Assembly (NCBI GenBank): GCA_030295235.1
Contig: AP026141.1
Location: 682,001-706,851 of the forward strand
Direction of reading: 5' to 3'
Length of the DNA stretch: 24,851 nucleotides
Source of the DNA: Fistulifera solaris
Taxonomy: Eukaryota
The notes under the pieces were generated by a model that searched no databases, was not told the DNA's origin, and worked only from the letters and a program-made list of their open reading frames with translations. Both the position numbers and the translations under genes were made by a program. Each line of letters starts with the position of its first letter. Within the stretch, counting starts at the first letter, position 1. This document shows, one piece after another, positions 22,961-24,851 of the stretch.

Positions 22961-23587
22961 TCAGTAATAAGGAAAGGAGGGAGGTGACAATAATGGAACT
23001 AAGTATTGAAAGAAAATGTCATGGAAAGTATCAAGTCTATTTTGCGCAACAGAGACAACTGCAGTTTTGGGGCGGGGTTTGTTTGGGTCCATTTCAGCGA
23101 CCTTAATCAAGGTCGTACCAACATGAACAGTCTCCTCTCTGTAGAATTGCTGAGTATGATCATACATCTTTGTTGTAGTTACGTGGATGACAGAAGAGTC
23201 ATTTTGAAATGCGGTACCTTGGAGTGCGTCCAAAGCGAGTTTCACGCAATTTTCAATATCGGGGCGTGTGTCACAAATTTTGGGGCATTCGCTTTTAACG
23301 GCCAATCTTTTCCCGCTGGTCCGACAATGAAATGATGTTTTGGACGTGGGAAGTAGAATTTGACAGTAATTGAACACGGGTTCCCGTTGCAGCGAAAAAT
23401 ACCAGTGGGGGCTTGCTGCAATGCCTCTTGAAACGCATCCCGAAATGAGTTCTGGTTTGCTTTGCTTGGACTGAACATTTTGACCTTTCCGCTTGCCTTG
23501 GTTGTTGTTGCAAAATTACGGTACTGTGGTCTTGGCTTCCCAGAAATCTTGCAGGTAAAAAGAAGCGAAGGTGGTCGGTGAATTCAT
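22961..23587 (-). CDS. rusA: RusA-family endodeoxyribonuclease (Holliday junction resolvase), with homopolymer frameshifts
   Basis: Stitched from ATG 23587: MNSPTTFASF/TCKISGKPRPQYRNF…KMFSPSKANQNSFRDAFQEAL…PCSITVKFYFPRPKHHF…LKANAPKFVTHA/PDIENCVKLALDALQGTAFQNDSSVIHVTTTKMY…GTTLIKV. This matches the RusA pattern G.P.P..R…F.F.RP…PD.DN..K..LDAL.G….D..V…..K.Y. Shifts occur at the A5 run (~23557-23561) and G4 run (23261-23264). The true stop is 22961 or, with one more shift, 23037. Confidence 0.85.
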
Positions 23588-23607
23588 ACTTAGTCGTGGA
23601 ATTTGTG

Positions 23608-24113
23608 TCAAAGCAGTACTCTCCTGGTGCAACTGCCGTGTGTTTCGCACTGGAGCTCAGCCTCAGGAACGGTCCACTCTGGAATGTAAGCGCCGATTTC
23701 GATGCTGGAAAAATGACCACCTCCAGCACGCTTAAGAGTGGCGTGATCCTCCCAGAAAGATGGGTTAGCAATTTGTTACCGTGCTCATCGTAATAAAATT
23801 CCGTGCCGTTAGTGCGATTCAACATGGATAGCTTTTGTCTGTTGCCATGTGCGGAATGAACAAGAAGTTGGCTTTGTAACTCGTTGCAAATGCGCGTGAA
23901 TTGTTTCTGGTCTCGTCGCTGAGGGGCAATGTTACCAGCATGGGAGAGGCGATGGATGCCGATGTTAGCAAGAGCATCAAAAAGCAGGAGAGCCACAACG
24001 TTGGAGAAGAGGTCTTTGATTGTTGTCGCGAGCGGATGCAACGTTCATTCCAATGCAAAGCGAGTTCATCCAAAGCCGTCTCTGCGTACGCATTAGAAAA
24101 CTGCTGAATATCC
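23608..24113 (-). pseudogene. 5'-truncated unknown ORF interrupted by the telomere
   Basis: The frame is open from the telomere junction (PDIQQFSNAYAETALDELALHWNE…). It continues in the 23295-24041 frame (LHPLATTIKDLFSNVVALLLFDALAN…NGTEFYYDEHGNK) and plausibly into IANPSFWEDHATLKRAGGGHFSSIEIGAYIPEW…RRVLL* (stop 23608-23610). No family recognised. Confidence 0.45.
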
Positions 24114-24851
24114 GGGCTAGGGTTAGGGTTATGGGTTAGGGTTAGGGTTAGGGTTAGGGTTAGGGTTAGGGTTAGGGTTAGGGTTAGGGTTAGGGTTAGG
24201 GTTAGGGTTAGGGTTAGGGTTAGGGTTAGGGTTAGGGTTAGGGTTAGGGTTAGGGTTAGGGTTAGGGTTAGGGTTAGGGTTAGGGTTAGGGTTAGGGTTA
24301 GGGTTAGGGTTAGGGTTAGGGTTAGGGTTAGGGTTAGGGTTAGGGTTAGGGTTAGGGTTAGGGTTAGGGTTAGGGTTAGGGTTAGGGTTAGGGTTAGGGT
24401 TAGGGTTAGGGTTAGGGTTAGGGTTAGGGTTAGGGTTGGGGTTGGGGTTAGGGTTAGGGTTAGGGTTAGGGTTAGGGTTAGGGTTAGGGTTAGGGTTGGG
24501 GTTGAGGGTTGGGGTTGGGGTTGAGGGTTAGGGTTAGGGTTAGGGTTAGGGTTAGGGTTAGGGTTAGGGTTAGGGTTAGGGTTAGGGTTAGGGTTAGGGT
24601 TAGGGTTAGGGTTAGGGTTAGGGTTAGGGTTAGGGTTAGGGTTAGGGTTAGGGTTAGGGTTAGGGTTAGGGGTTAGGGTTAGGGTTAGGGTTAGGGTTGG
24701 GGTTGGGGTTAGGGTTAGGGTTAGGGTTAGAGGTTAGGGTTAGGGTTAGGGTTAGGGTTAGGGTTAGGGTTAGGGTTAGGGTTAGGGTTGGGGTTAGGGT
24801 TGAGGGTTAGGGTTAGGAGTTAGGAGTTAGGGTTAGGGTTAGGGTTAGGAG
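24114..24851 (+). repeat. Telomere, (TTAGGG)n
   Basis: About 740 bp of tandem TTAGGG reaching the end of the window, with the G-rich strand running 5'->3' toward the end. Variant units at the junction (GGGCTA, TTATGGG) and distally (TTGGGG, TTGAGGG, TTAGGAG). Confidence 0.99.

Larger units (their letters stand above)
22874..24113 (-). mobile_element. Putative 5'-truncated telomere-attached element carrying a RusA gene
   Basis: Bounded by telomeric repeats on both sides. Two intronless co-oriented ORFs point away from the tip. A C/U-rich 3' region ends in CCUAACCCUAACCC, and the first ORF is cut by the telomere. No RT or transposase is seen, so mobility is inferred. Confidence 0.5.

Noticed and set aside
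23240..23590. Programmed ribosomal frameshifting in the RusA gene
   Set aside because: The shifts are in short homopolymers like those in neighbouring host genes, so sequencing error is the simpler explanation.
22700..24113. Hammerhead ribozyme, reverse transcriptase or GIY-YIG motifs expected for a Penelope-like element
   Set aside because: By eye I found no CUGANGA…GAAA core with stems and no YxDD-type RT motif. The retroelement label rests on geometry only.
24430..24851. Variant telomere units (TTGGGG, TTGAGGG, TTAGGAG, TTAGAGG) as a second telomere type
   Set aside because: They are sporadic and concentrated distally where coverage is lowest, which fits basecalling error.

Overview
This is the right end of a eukaryotic chromosome, most likely from a diatom. 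The support is compact genes, 67-176 nt GT-AG introns, several signal-peptide + 'AF' bipartite plastid presequences, and a (TTAGGG)n telomere at 24114-24851. Bases 1-22623 hold about 12 ordinary nuclear genes: a GRDP/DUF1399-like protein, an alpha/beta hydrolase, two paralogous ankyrin proteins, a UPF1-like SF1 helicase, a small plastid protein, an LRR/RNI-like protein, acetylornithine aminotransferase, a sulfotransferase-like protein, a DUF6816-like protein, a subtilisin and a PILS/AEC transporter. Many carry 1-bp frameshifts, mostly in homopolymers, that look like long-read consensus errors. The standout is the last ~1.2 kb of unique DNA (22888-24113). It sits between a short internal telomeric tract (GGGTTAGGGTTAGG, 22874-22887) and the true telomere. 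On the minus strand it encodes a RusA-family Holliday-junction resolvase, preceded by an unknown ORF that is cut off by the telomere. This geometry resembles a 5'-truncated, telomere-primed, telomerase-capped retroelement, although no reverse transcriptase is visible in the window. Intergenic DNA also shows recurrent drifting 7-bp tandem arrays. All family assignments come from motif recognition by eye; no searches were run.
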